In this document: one piece after another, positions 39,962 to 51,021 of the stretch
Position numbering within the stretch: the stretch's first letter is position 1
Layout: every line of letters begins with the position of its first letter
Source: Gemmatimonadales bacterium
Lineage (GTDB): Bacteria; Gemmatimonadota; Gemmatimonadetes; Gemmatimonadales; GWC2-71-9
Direction of reading: 5' to 3'
DNA: 64,000 nucleotides
Assembly (NCBI GenBank): GCA_965249575.1
Contig: OZ252244.1
Location: forward strand, 1,408,001 to 1,472,000
Position numbers and translations under genes: made by a program
Notes under the pieces: model-generated
Seen by the model: only the letters and a program-made list of their open reading frames with translations
Told to the model about the DNA's origin: nothing
The model's database searches: none

Positions 39962-41008
39962 TCAGGCAACCGTCTCGAGCAACCTGCGCGCCGCGGCGAG
40001 CACTTCGGCCTGAACAGTGGCGAGTGGCCCGTCAACCGCCGCACCGGCGGCCTTCCGGTGGCCGCCCCCGCCGAACGTCTGAGCGAGCGCGGCGGCATCA
40101 ATGTCGCCAACCGACCGGAACGAGGCCTTGATGCGCGATCCGCTGAGCGGGCGAAACAAAATGGCGAGACGGATGCCCTGAATGGAGCGGGGGAACTCAA
40201 CGACACCCTCCAGGTCCTCGGCATCGACCCCGTAGCGCTGGAACGCGCCGTCGGGAACGGTCACCCATGCGAGGCCACGGTCCGCCTCGACAACCAGGGT
40301 CTCGAGCACCTCGGCGAGCAGTCGAAGCCGCCCCTCGCTCGCATTTGCGTATAGATGCCGGTAGATCGCCTCTGCGTCGAGGCCGTGCCCGAGCAAGTGG
40401 GCCGCCACTTGCAGCGCCCGAGGAGTGGTGTTGGCAAACCGGAACCCGCCGGTGTCCATCATGAGCGCCACGTAGAGCGCTTCGGCCACTGCGGGTGACA
40501 GCTGCCAGCGGAGCGTACGCGCGAGATCGTAGACCAGCTCGCCGGTGGCGCACGCGGCATCATCGACCAACCGCGGCCCCGACGGGAGCGATGCCTTACT
40601 CACGTGGTGGTCGATGCAGGCGACAGGAACATCGATAGCGGCCAGCGCGTGCCCCAGTTGTCCCAGCCGCCCGAGATCGGAAATGTCGAGCACTACGACC
40701 GCTTCGGCGTGGCGAAGATGTTTCACGGCGTGGCGGGACTTGTCGGCGTGGTCGGCGCCGTCGAGCAGGAAGGTGTAGCGCTCGGGAAACGGAGTCGGGT
40801 TCACAATCACCGGCCGGATGCCACGAGCCGTGAGGAGGTGCCACAACGCCACCTCGCTGCCCGCCCCGTCGCCGTCGGCATTGACGTGCGTCGTGAGGGC
40901 CACCCGCATACCGGGCGTGAGAATCGCGCCGATCTGCTTCGCGGCCCGCTGTCTGGCCGCCGGAACTGAGACGGCGCGTCCCGCCGTCGTGGTTCTGGCC
41001 CGCGGCAT
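39962..41008 (-). CDS. nrnA: DHH/DHHA1 oligoribonuclease / pAp phosphatase
   Basis: H.NADGD, DHH, DTGGF, SFRS, GGGGH. Confidence 0.92.
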   Translation of the reverse strand: MPRARTTTAGRAVSVPAARQRAAKQIGAILTPGMRVALTTHVNADGDGAGSEVALWHLLTARGIRPVIVNPTPFPERYTFLLDGADHADKSRHAVKHLRHAEAVVVLDISDLGRLGQLGHALAAIDVPVACIDHHVSKASLPSGPRLVDDAACATGELVYDLARTLRWQLSPAVAEALYVALMMDTGGFRFANTTPRALQVAAHLLGHGLDAEAIYRHLYANASEGRLRLLAEVLETLVVEADRGLAWVTVPDGAFQRYGVDAEDLEGVVEFPRSIQGIRLAILFRPLSGSRIKASFRSVGDIDAAALAQTFGGGGHRKAAGAAVDGPLATVQAEVLAAARRLLETVA

Positions 41009-41191
41009 GGTGGAAGGTAGCTGGGGTCACGGGGAATCGGGTAGTGATCGTTGCCATCGGCGGATACGACGAGCGGCCGCGCGGACGAGACGGCGGCTCA
41101 CACTTCTCCGACCAGCGGAGCGACGGACCCAACACTTGCACCCTTGGTATTCCGAAGCAATACTCCCTCGTCCTTCACGCATGGAACCCAC

Positions 41192-42937
41192 ATGGAATAC
41201 TTTCGTTCGATCGTCGACTGGCTGAACAACGCAATCTGGAGCTTTGGCATCCCGGCGGGAGAGGAAACCGTTCCGCTCGTCGTGATCGCGCTGATCGGCA
41301 CCGGTCTGTTTCTGACCTTCAGGCTCGGGTTCGTGCAGCTCCGCCACTTGGGCCACGGGTTCGGAGTGACCAGCGGCAAGTACGACGATCCGAACGAGCC
41401 GGGCGACGTGTCACACTTTCAGGCGCTGACTACGGCCTTGTCGGCCACCGTAGGCATCGGGAACATCGCGGGTGTCGCCATCGCGATACACTGGGGTGGT
41501 CCCGGGGCACTCTTCTGGATGTGGGTGACGGCAGTCTTGGGCATGGCAACGAAGTTCGGCGAGGTCACCCTCGCTCAACACTACCGTCACCTCGAGTCGC
41601 CCGATCAGGGCCCCCACAAGTGGGAGGGGTCGGTGTCTGGTGGCCCCATGTACTACATCGAGAAGGGGCTCGGCCCGGCCTGGAAACCGCTCGCGGTCCT
41701 CTTCGCAGCGTTGCTTGGAACGACGGCCTTCCTGACCGGGAATGCAGTCCAGGCAAATACCGTCGCAGACACGATGAACACGACCTTCGGAATCCCGCCG
41801 TGGGCGACCGGACTCTTCACGGCGACCGTCGTAGCGCTCGTCATCATCGGCGGCATTTCTCGCATCGGGAAAGTGACCGGGATCCTCGCGCCAGTGATGG
41901 CTGCCATCTACGCGGCTGGTGCAATCGTCATCATTCTCGGCAACTACGATCAGATCCTACCAACATTCGGGTTGATCTTTCGTGAAGCGTTCAATCCGTC
42001 CGCTGGAATAGCCGGCACCGGCGTTGGAGCGATCCTCGTTACCATGATGTGGGGCGTCAAACGTGGACTCTTCTCGAACGAGGCGGGGCAGGGTTCCGCG
42101 CCCATTGCCCACGCCGCCGCGAAGACCGATGAGCCCGTGTCCGAGGGCGTCGTTGCATTGGTCGAGCCGTTCATCGACACGATCGTGATCGTCACGATGA
42201 CGGCGCTCGTCATCATCATCACGGGAGTGTGGAACCAACGCGTGCCCACGGCGATCACGCTCACGGGCGGCGACCTCAGCTACGTCGCGAGCGCCGGGGA
42301 GGGCCGGTACGGCTCCGCGACGGCGCCCGACGAGATCCGGATCGAGAACGGATTCCACGCTGACACCAGCGCCGGGGTCGCCCAGCTGGCTTGGCACGAG
42401 GTACACCTCAAGCGCGTTTACGAGGACACGGCCCAGACCGTGCCCTTCACGGGTGTCGTTCGTCCGGCGGACGGCGTGGCGGTATCGGCGGCCGGAGCCG
42501 TCCGCTCCGAGCTGTATGCGTCGGCCGTCGAAAGTGGGGCACCTCTGACCATGCTTGGATTCCAGCAAGGGCTCCCGGGCGACTGGGGACAGCTGATCGT
42601 TGTCCTCAGCGTTCTCTTGTTCGCCATCTCGACCGCCATCGCGTGGAGCTACTACGGCGACCGGTGCGCCAACTATCTCTTCGGCGCCAAGGCGGTGCTT
42701 CCGTACAAGATCGCTTACATCCTCATGCACTTTGTCGGGGCAGTGCTCTCGCTCGCCGTTGTGTGGGACCTCGGGGACGTATTCCTCGGCATGGTCATCC
42801 TCCCGAACTTGATCGCGCTCGTACTCCTCTCACCCAAGGTGGCCGAGCTGACGAAGAGTTATTTCGAGCGCAAGCCATGGATCGAGAACGCCGAGGTACA
42901 TCGCCGGCTAAAAGCGGAAAAGAAGCACCGGGCGTGA
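41192..42937 (+). CDS. Sodium:alanine/glycine symporter (AgcS/AlsT family)
   Basis: ATVGIGNIAGV, GGPGALFWMW, GGPMYY, RGLFSNEAGQGS, EPFIDT. Confidence 0.95.
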   Translation: MEYFRSIVDWLNNAIWSFGIPAGEETVPLVVIALIGTGLFLTFRLGFVQLRHLGHGFGVTSGKYDDPNEPGDVSHFQALTTALSATVGIGNIAGVAIAIHWGGPGALFWMWVTAVLGMATKFGEVTLAQHYRHLESPDQGPHKWEGSVSGGPMYYIEKGLGPAWKPLAVLFAALLGTTAFLTGNAVQANTVADTMNTTFGIPPWATGLFTATVVALVIIGGISRIGKVTGILAPVMAAIYAAGAIVIILGNYDQILPTFGLIFREAFNPSAGIAGTGVGAILVTMMWGVKRGLFSNEAGQGSAPIAHAAAKTDEPVSEGVVALVEPFIDTIVIVTMTALVIIITGVWNQRVPTAITLTGGDLSYVASAGEGRYGSATAPDEIRIENGFHADTSAGVAQLAWHEVHLKRVYEDTAQTVPFTGVVRPADGVAVSAAGAVRSELYASAVESGAPLTMLGFQQGLPGDWGQLIVVLSVLLFAISTAIAWSYYGDRCANYLFGAKAVLPYKIAYILMHFVGAVLSLAVVWDLGDVFLGMVILPNLIALVLLSPKVAELTKSYFERKPWIENAEVHRRLKAEKKHRA

Positions 42938-42957
42938 CGTAGTCGGAGCCCGAACCC

Positions 42958-44526
<1,569 letters not shown>

Positions 44527-44530
<4 letters not shown>

Positions 44531-44892
44531 CCCGGCGGGTCACCGCCGGTCGAATCATCCGCACTCCCCTGCCCTTTCCCCTGCTCCGCGTCTTCCGGCG
44601 ATGCGTCTCCTAACTCCTTTCGAGCGGCCTGCCCCGCAGCGTTCAACCCCCGCATGACCCGTCCCGCGGCGTCCACCGCACCCATCGTCCCTTTGATGGC
44701 GGCGGCGGGCAGGCGGCCGGCTCTGAGCGTGTCTTCCACGGTCTCGGCGATCTTCTGAAAGGCTGACGCGTCTCCGGCACCGGCCGAGTATTTCGATTCC
44801 AAGAACTCGATGTAGTCGAGCACCTGGTAGATCTTCTCGTCGGGCAGGCCCTCGAGTTTTCGAAGAATCCGTTCGCGTTGGACATCCAGCAT
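44527..44892 (-). CDS. Hypothetical protein (DUF2281-like N-terminus)
   Basis: LPDEKIYQVLDYIEFLESKY; ATG after GAGG. Confidence 0.7.
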
Positions 44893-44960
44893 CGGCGATT
44901 CCTCCGGGTGACGCGACAACGCCTCACCACTAATGAACCCACCCGACGTAGCCGCCCCGA

Positions 44961-46067
44961 CTACGGTTTCCGGACCGACATGTCGACGAGCTCGACTAAC
45001 GGATTGCCAAGGTACCGGGAGCGCGCGCTGCGAACGCGAGCGACGATCAGGAGCTGCGCGAGGGGAGCCAGGCGTTCGATCTCCTGCAACTGCGCGGGGG
45101 TGAGCATAACGTAGACGAAGCCGGCCTCAGGCATCGGGCCTCTGGCAAGCATGTAACGCTCGCCCCGCGGAATCTCCGGACGCAACTCGTCAGCAGTGGG
45201 CAGGGACAAGTATTGGACGGTCCACTGGATCATCTTTCCTTCGAACTCTCCCGGACTTGCGCGCACCTCCGCGCCCGTCACTCCGACCAACACTCCGGCG
45301 GCGGCAGGACGTAGTTCTTCCTCGCGGACCCAACCCTCGACACGCACCCGCACCCACTCGCCCGAGCGGGCGAGCACCCGCACGGGTGTCTCGGGGTCGA
45401 GGGTCATGGACGACGTGGTGTCCGGCGTTCGCGTGAACGCCGCCGACGTGCTCGTCACGGCCCAATCGAGCGTGCCCTCCCCGTTCGCTTCTCGGTCCAC
45501 GGCGGAGGCCACGGTCGGGGCATCCCCGGCACCGCCAGCCGCTCGAGTGAGCGAGCGACCCCACATCCAGCCCGTCCTCCTCACCTGGATCCAATCACCG
45601 TCACGGGCCAGCTCATCCAGCAGGCAGCCCCGCTCGAGCCGCGCCAGAACCCTGCCGTTTGGGCCGGTCCTCAGGTTCTCCCCCCCACGGGCCGCAACCG
45701 TCAAGTCTCGCGCCCCGCTGGGATCCGGCCCGAGGGAGGCGCCCCAAATCCATCCCTCTAAGCGGATCTCCACCCAGCCGTCCCGTGCATCACCGCCGCG
45801 CACCTCTGCCCCCTCTCGAACGGCGGCTAGCAGGTTCCCTCTTGGGCTGGGCTCGGTCCTGAAGTTCTCCGCGCGAACGACGCGATACGTGACCTGCGCA
45901 GCGAGCTCGATTTGCTGGGCCAGAAGCAGACAGGCGAATAGCGAGATCCAGGGTGGAAGCGCTACTGACGCGACGCTAGATTGGGCCATCTTCGCAGGTG
46001 AGGACCAGCGCGCAGTCGGACTTTCGGTCACCGAGCCCCCGCGTCCGTGGAGTGACTGTCGGTTCAT
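44961..46067 (-). CDS. Exported protein with repeated bacterial SH3-like domains
   Basis: Repeated EN.R..P, W(V/I)..R..GW motifs; start uncertain. Confidence 0.75.
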   Translation of the reverse strand: MNRQSLHGRGGSVTESPTARWSSPAKMAQSSVASVALPPWISLFACLLLAQQIELAAQVTYRVVRAENFRTEPSPRGNLLAAVREGAEVRGGDARDGWVEIRLEGWIWGASLGPDPSGARDLTVAARGGENLRTGPNGRVLARLERGCLLDELARDGDWIQVRRTGWMWGRSLTRAAGGAGDAPTVASAVDREANGEGTLDWAVTSTSAAFTRTPDTTSSMTLDPETPVRVLARSGEWVRVRVEGWVREEELRPAAAGVLVGVTGAEVRASPGEFEGKMIQWTVQYLSLPTADELRPEIPRGERYMLARGPMPEAGFVYVMLTPAQLQEIERLAPLAQLLIVARVRSARSRYLGNPLVELVDMSVRKP

Positions 46068-46168
46068 CCGTTTACCTGCGAGGGATTGTAGAAGGACCCC
46101 CTGACGAAGTCAAAGGGTACCGTTCTAGGAATGCTGACATTGATTGAAGCGGTGGCGGAACTGACCCC

Positions 46169-46867
46169 ATGAAGAGACTACCCCTGGCGGGGATCATGAT
46201 GTTGGCGATGGTCGAGTCGCTCACCGCACAGGTGGGACACGACCCGGCGAAATCGCCCTACTCCGATCTGGCGACCAAGCAATCGCTGAGCCTCTCGGTG
46301 GGCTATCTTGCCGGCTCCCGCGGGAAAATCGGCGTCGGGCCCGCGGGCGGAGGAATCGCCGAACTCCGCTACGACCGCGCCGTTGGCGGCGCATTCGAGG
46401 TGTTGGTGGCGATGTCGGTTGCCGACCTCGAACGCTTTGCGGTCGACCCGAACGCGCCGGTGAGTGCCCGCACGTTTGGACCGATCAACGAGACCCTCAT
46501 ACTCCTGGGAGCTGGGATGCATGTGGTGCTGCCCGGACGCAAGACCTGGCACCGATTGGCGCCCTACGCGGGGGTCGGATTCGGGATTGCGTTCCAGACC
46601 GGCCTGAGCAGGGATCTGAGCGGATACGAGTTCGGATCGAAGTTCTATCTCGCGCCGACGTTCGGGATCAAGTGGTATCCCACCCCCGCGGTCGCCGTAA
46701 AGGTCGAAGCCCGGGACTTCTTGTGGCGGCTGTCCTATCCCAACACCTTCTTCACGGCGTCGGGGACCAACACAGAGCCGGTTTTGGATCCGAACGTGGA
46801 CGACAACACCGATTGGGCGCACCACGCCACAGTCGCGCTGTCGCTGGGTTACACGTTCTTTTTCTGA
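46169..46867 (+). CDS. Outer-membrane beta-barrel protein
   Basis: Signal peptide, APYAGVGFG strand, C-terminal LGYTFFF. Confidence 0.75.
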   Translation: MKRLPLAGIMMLAMVESLTAQVGHDPAKSPYSDLATKQSLSLSVGYLAGSRGKIGVGPAGGGIAELRYDRAVGGAFEVLVAMSVADLERFAVDPNAPVSARTFGPINETLILLGAGMHVVLPGRKTWHRLAPYAGVGFGIAFQTGLSRDLSGYEFGSKFYLAPTFGIKWYPTPAVAVKVEARDFLWRLSYPNTFFTASGTNTEPVLDPNVDDNTDWAHHATVALSLGYTFFF

Positions 46868-46874
46868 CCCGAGC

Positions 46875-47570
46875 TTGGATCTTTTCCTCGAGGGACTCCG
46901 CCAGGCCGCGGAACTGATCTTCTCCGGTGACGCTGACATTCTTGGCGTCACCTTTCTCTCGTTACGGATAGCGGTGATAGCGACACTCACCGCCTGCGCG
47001 CTCGGAATCCCGATCGGGTTCGTTATCGGCACCACCGCGTTCCGGGGCCGCCGGGCAACCCTCACCCTCCTCAACACCCTGCTGGCCCTACCGACCGTGG
47101 TCATCGGACTGTTCATCTGGGGGTTGTTGGCCCGCCGTGGGCCGCTGGGAGCTGCGGGACTACTCTACACCTGGTGGGCGATCGTCATTGCCGAGGTAGT
47201 GCTCGCGGTACCGATCGCCGCCGCCCTCACTGCGGCCGCGGTGCAGTCGATTGACCCCCGAGTGCGACGTACGGCGCTCACCCTCGGCGCGAGCCGATTG
47301 CAGGCAACCCTGGCGGTAGCCCGGGAGGCTCGCTTCGCGTTAATCTCCGCGGTCATCGTGGCGTTCGGCAGAGTGCTGTCGGAGGTCGGCGCGGCAATGA
47401 TCGTCGGCGGAAACATTCGCCATCACACCCGGACGCTCACCACGGCGGTGGCGCTCGCGACCTCCCAGGGGAACTTCGCCCTGGCGGTCGCGCTTGGCCT
47501 GGTCCTCTTGGCCATCGCGCTCACGGCGAACGTGGTATTACAGATCCTCCAGGGACAGGGCCACGCTTAG
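46875..47570 (+). CDS. Tungstate/molybdate ABC transporter permease (TupB-like)
   Basis: LPTVVIGL, GPLG, EVGAAMIVGGNI, TRTLTTA. Confidence 0.9.
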   Translation: MDLFLEGLRQAAELIFSGDADILGVTFLSLRIAVIATLTACALGIPIGFVIGTTAFRGRRATLTLLNTLLALPTVVIGLFIWGLLARRGPLGAAGLLYTWWAIVIAEVVLAVPIAAALTAAAVQSIDPRVRRTALTLGASRLQATLAVAREARFALISAVIVAFGRVLSEVGAAMIVGGNIRHHTRTLTTAVALATSQGNFALAVALGLVLLAIALTANVVLQILQGQGHA

Positions 47571-48558
47571 GGTCCGGGGTCTGGCGCACGCCTACAACGG
47601 GCGTCCGGTGCTGCGCATTGACGCCATGGACATCGTGGCGGGCCGCATCACCGCCGTAGTCGGCCCGAACGGCTCGGGAAAGAGCACCCTCCTCCGTATT
47701 CTGGGGTTCATCGAACGACCCGTCGAAGGAAGGTTCCAGCTAGACGGTGCGGCCGTCGCGACGAACGTCGAGCGGCAGGTCGCCCGACAGGCCGTGACCC
47801 TCATCGAGCAGCGCCCGTTGCTGTTCCGGGGCACCGTGCTTCGCAACCTGACATACGCGCTCCGGCTACACGACGTGGCGGCCTCAGCGGCTCAAACGCG
47901 TAGCCTGGAAGCGCTCGCCCGACTCGGAGCAACCGAGCTTGCGTCCCGGAGCGCACGCGAGCTCAGCGAAGGACAAACCCAGACCGTCGCCCTTGCCCGC
48001 GCCATCGCGCTGCGCCCTCGCGTCCTGCTGCTCGACGAACCTGCAAGTGCCGCCGACCGAGCGTCGCTATTGCATCTTACGACCGTCTTGAGAGAGGAGC
48101 GGGATCGCGGGCTGGCGGTCTGCTTCGCGACCCACGTGCTCGACGACGCCTATCGTCTGTCCGACAACATCCTGTCTTTGTCGGCGGGATCCGCCACCGC
48201 GATCACACCCGAGAATCTCTTCCGTACGTTCGCGCCAGTCGCTGACGGCCCCAAAGTCGTGAATGCCGGCCCGCTGAAACTCCAGATCGTCACCAATCGG
48301 ACAGGATCAGTCACGATTGCCATTCCCCCCAACGACATCGTGGTGAGCCGTGAACCGCTACACTCCAGCGCGCGAAATCAGTTCGCCGGCCGGGTCGTCC
48401 GGGCTGCCGAGGACGGTCTGGGCACCATCACCCTGACAGTCGACGTGGGTGTCGACTTGATTGCCCGAATCACCCGCGCGGCATTCGAGGAGTTGGGGAT
48501 AACCGTTGGATCGCCCGTGGTGCTGTCGATCAAGGCAATGGCCGTGCGCGTCATCTGA
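47563..48558 (+). CDS. Tungstate/molybdate ABC transporter ATPase with TOBE domain (start uncertain)
   Basis: GPNGSGKST, LSEGQ, LLLDEP, SSARN..G TOBE, IKA. Confidence 0.88.
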   Translation, partial: TLRVRGLAHAYNGRPVLRIDAMDIVAGRITAVVGPNGSGKSTLLRILGFIERPVEGRFQLDGAAVATNVERQVARQAVTLIEQRPLLFRGTVLRNLTYALRLHDVAASAAQTRSLEALARLGATELASRSARELSEGQTQTVALARAIALRPRVLLLDEPASAADRASLLHLTTVLREERDRGLAVCFATHVLDDAYRLSDNILSLSAGSATAITPENLFRTFAPVADGPKVVNAGPLKLQIVTNRTGSVTIAIPPNDIVVSREPLHSSARNQFAGRVVRAAEDGLGTITLTVDVGVDLIARITRAAFEELGITVGSPVVLSIKAMAVRVI

Positions 48559-48578
48559 GTGTTCGCTACATTCCAGCC

Positions 48579-49004
48579 GTGCCCACCGCCTCTTTGACCC
48601 GAGCCGTCACGTTCAACGCGGCCCACCGGTATTTCCGTCCGGATTGGTCGGCGGAGCGAAACGCCGAAGTGTTTGGATTCTGCGCTGGGGAGCATGGCCA
48701 CGGCCACACCTATCAATGCCGTGTGACCGTGACCGGTGAAATCGACGCGGAGACCGGTATGCTCGTGGATCTTCGCGCGCTGGACCGTATCTTGGAGGAT
48801 GAAGTCACCAGGCGGTTCGATCACCGCCACCTGAACCATGACGTGCCGGAGTTCGCGTTTGGGAAGCGAATCCCGACCGCCGAACAGCTAGCATTGTTGG
48901 TGTGGCAGCGCGTTGCGCGGCGGTTGCCCGAGGACGTGCGCCTGCACCGAGTACGTGTTGAGGAGGGGCCACATCTCTACGCGGAATACGACGGAGCGGA
49001 CTGA
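48579..49004 (+). CDS. queD: 6-carboxytetrahydropterin / 6-pyruvoyl-tetrahydropterin synthase
   Basis: FNAAH, C..HGHGHTY, GMLVD, DHRHLN, PTAE. Confidence 0.9.
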   Translation: MPTASLTRAVTFNAAHRYFRPDWSAERNAEVFGFCAGEHGHGHTYQCRVTVTGEIDAETGMLVDLRALDRILEDEVTRRFDHRHLNHDVPEFAFGKRIPTAEQLALLVWQRVARRLPEDVRLHRVRVEEGPHLYAEYDGAD

Positions 49005-49041
49005 CACCACGCCCAGCCGCCCGCCAAAGCGCCGGGGCCGG

Positions 49042-49767
49042 ATGCTCGCGGACCGGGCGGTGGTGGAGGAAGTTCCGGTATGGCTGGAGGTGAACGGGCG
49101 ACCGGCCGTGACCTGGATGTGCACACCGCACCAACTGGAGGAACTGGCCATCGGGTGGCTCCACGGAGAGGGATATATCGCCTCGCTGGAAGACCTCACC
49201 GGTCTTCGGCCCTGCGCCAGCGACCTCGGTTTCTGGGCGGACGTCGATTCGAAGAGAGTCGAGAGCGTTGACGCGGAAGAGCGCCGCCAAGTGCTCGCCT
49301 CCGGATGCGGTGCCGTGACGATATTCCTGAGCGACCCTGCGACGGTTCCCCTGACACCTCCCAGCGGCGACATTCCGCCACTCGACCGGTTGCGCGCTTT
49401 ATTCAAGGAGTTGTTTCAGCAGGGAGAGCGCTATCAAAGCACCGGTGGGATCCACGCCGCGACGCTGACCGACGGTACCCGTCTGCTCCACCATGCAGAA
49501 GACATCGGGCGACACAACGCGGTCGACAAGGTCATCGGGGGAGCCATCCTCGCCAAACGGGCGCTCGCGGGTCTCGGTCTCCTGGTCACGGGGCGTATAT
49601 CGGCGGAGTTGTCTTTCAAGGCAGCGCGAGCCGGGTTGGCGTACATCGCCACGCCTTCGGTGCCGTCCACCCTTGCCGTGACGGTCGCTCGGCGCGCAGG
49701 CATGACGCTGATCGGCCGAGCCGTCAGTGGATCACCACATTTCCATGACCCCTCAGAACGCGCGTAG
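49042..49767 (+). CDS. fdhD: Formate dehydrogenase accessory sulfurtransferase
   Basis: SGCG, TGGIHAA, EDIGRHNAVDK, TGRIS. Confidence 0.92.
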   Translation: MLADRAVVEEVPVWLEVNGRPAVTWMCTPHQLEELAIGWLHGEGYIASLEDLTGLRPCASDLGFWADVDSKRVESVDAEERRQVLASGCGAVTIFLSDPATVPLTPPSGDIPPLDRLRALFKELFQQGERYQSTGGIHAATLTDGTRLLHHAEDIGRHNAVDKVIGGAILAKRALAGLGLLVTGRISAELSFKAARAGLAYIATPSVPSTLAVTVARRAGMTLIGRAVSGSPHFHDPSERA

Positions 49768-49849
49768 CACCGCCCCGGGCGGATGGGCGTTTCGGGTCCC
49801 GCCGCCTCCTCGCGTGGGGTCGGGCAGGGCGTCATTGGGAGTCAAGTAG

Positions 49850-50449
49850 ATGCGTGGGGCGGTGCTGGCCGGGGGAGCGGCGAGCCGGTTTGAGGGCCGA
49901 CCAAAAGGGCTCGAGCGAATCGGCGGCGAGCGCATGCTCGATCGGGTGGTGCAGGTCGTCCAATCCACGACGGGCGAAGCGCCCCTCTTGATCGCCAATG
50001 CTGAGGAGGCTTCGACGTGGCGAAACGATCTCCAGGTCGTGGAAGACCCCATCCGTGAATGTGGGAGTTTGGGGGGCATCTACACCGCGGTGACCGCCGC
50101 CGAAGGACCCGTTTTGCTCGTTGCCTGGGACATGCCGTTCATTCCGGTTACACTGCTCGCGGCCTTGGTGAAAGGCGCGGAAGCCTACGACGTCTTTCTG
50201 CCGGAGAGCGGCGGGAGGAGGGGCGTGGAGCCTCTCTGCGGAGTGTACGGACCGCAGTGTGCGCCGGCCATTCGAGAGCGCATCCACAATGAGGACTACC
50301 GCGCGATCGGCTTCCACGAGGCCGTGCGCGCCGGCACGCTCACCCGGGCGGAGGTTGAGCAGCACGGGGATCCCGGGGTCATGTTCTTCAACGTCAACAC
50401 CGGGGACGACCTGACAAAGGCTGAGGAACTGTGGCGACAACTCGGATAG
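49850..50449 (+). CDS. mobA: Molybdenum cofactor guanylyltransferase
   Basis: LAGG..SRF, K, DMPF, EPL, FFNVNT. Confidence 0.92.
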   Translation: MRGAVLAGGAASRFEGRPKGLERIGGERMLDRVVQVVQSTTGEAPLLIANAEEASTWRNDLQVVEDPIRECGSLGGIYTAVTAAEGPVLLVAWDMPFIPVTLLAALVKGAEAYDVFLPESGGRRGVEPLCGVYGPQCAPAIRERIHNEDYRAIGFHEAVRAGTLTRAEVEQHGDPGVMFFNVNTGDDLTKAEELWRQLG

Positions 50450-50973
50450 TCTCCATCGTCGGAAAGAAGGGGTCGGGAAAGACGACCCTCCTCGTGGCCC
50501 TCGCGGCAGAGTTTAACCGACGCAAGCGGCGGGTCGCCACGATCAAACATGGACATCACCCCGCTCTGATCGACACCGAGGGGAAAGACACGTGGCGGCA
50601 TTACAACGAGGGATCGGCCAGCCCCGTGCTCATAGAGTCCCCGGGGCATCGCGTTCTCTTCGAACGCACCGATCACGAGTCCGACCCGGAGACCTTGGTG
50701 GCTCGTTACATGGCCGGCGCCGACATCGTGCTTGTGGAAGGATTCAAGAGCGCCGCGCTTCCCAAGATCGAGGTGCACCGCACCGAGGCGCACGACAAGC
50801 CGCTCATCAGCGAGCCTGGCAAGGACGCGGGAACCTGGATTGCGATAGTAACGGACGCGGATACGCTGCGGGTTTCCTGTCCAGTGTTTCGATTCAAGGA
50901 CACCGCCTGGTTGTTCTCACTCTCGAATCTCGCCTGGGATAACGCGAAGGTCGTTGAGACCCGCGACCCGTGA
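50431..50973 (+). CDS. mobB: Molybdopterin-guanine dinucleotide biosynthesis protein B
   Basis: G..GSGKTT, IKH, GKDT, VEGFK, PKIEV. Confidence 0.93.
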   Translation: MATTRIVSIVGKKGSGKTTLLVALAAEFNRRKRRVATIKHGHHPALIDTEGKDTWRHYNEGSASPVLIESPGHRVLFERTDHESDPETLVARYMAGADIVLVEGFKSAALPKIEVHRTEAHDKPLISEPGKDAGTWIAIVTDADTLRVSCPVFRFKDTAWLFSLSNLAWDNAKVVETRDP

Positions 50974-51021
50974 ACAGCGGGGCGATCTGGCCACCCGCAC
51001 GAACGTGGCGATGATGTAGCC

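Noticed and set aside
41010..41191. Possible glycine riboswitch before the AgcS symporter
   Set aside because: No GGAGA..CCGAAG/CTCTCAGG aptamer motifs seen
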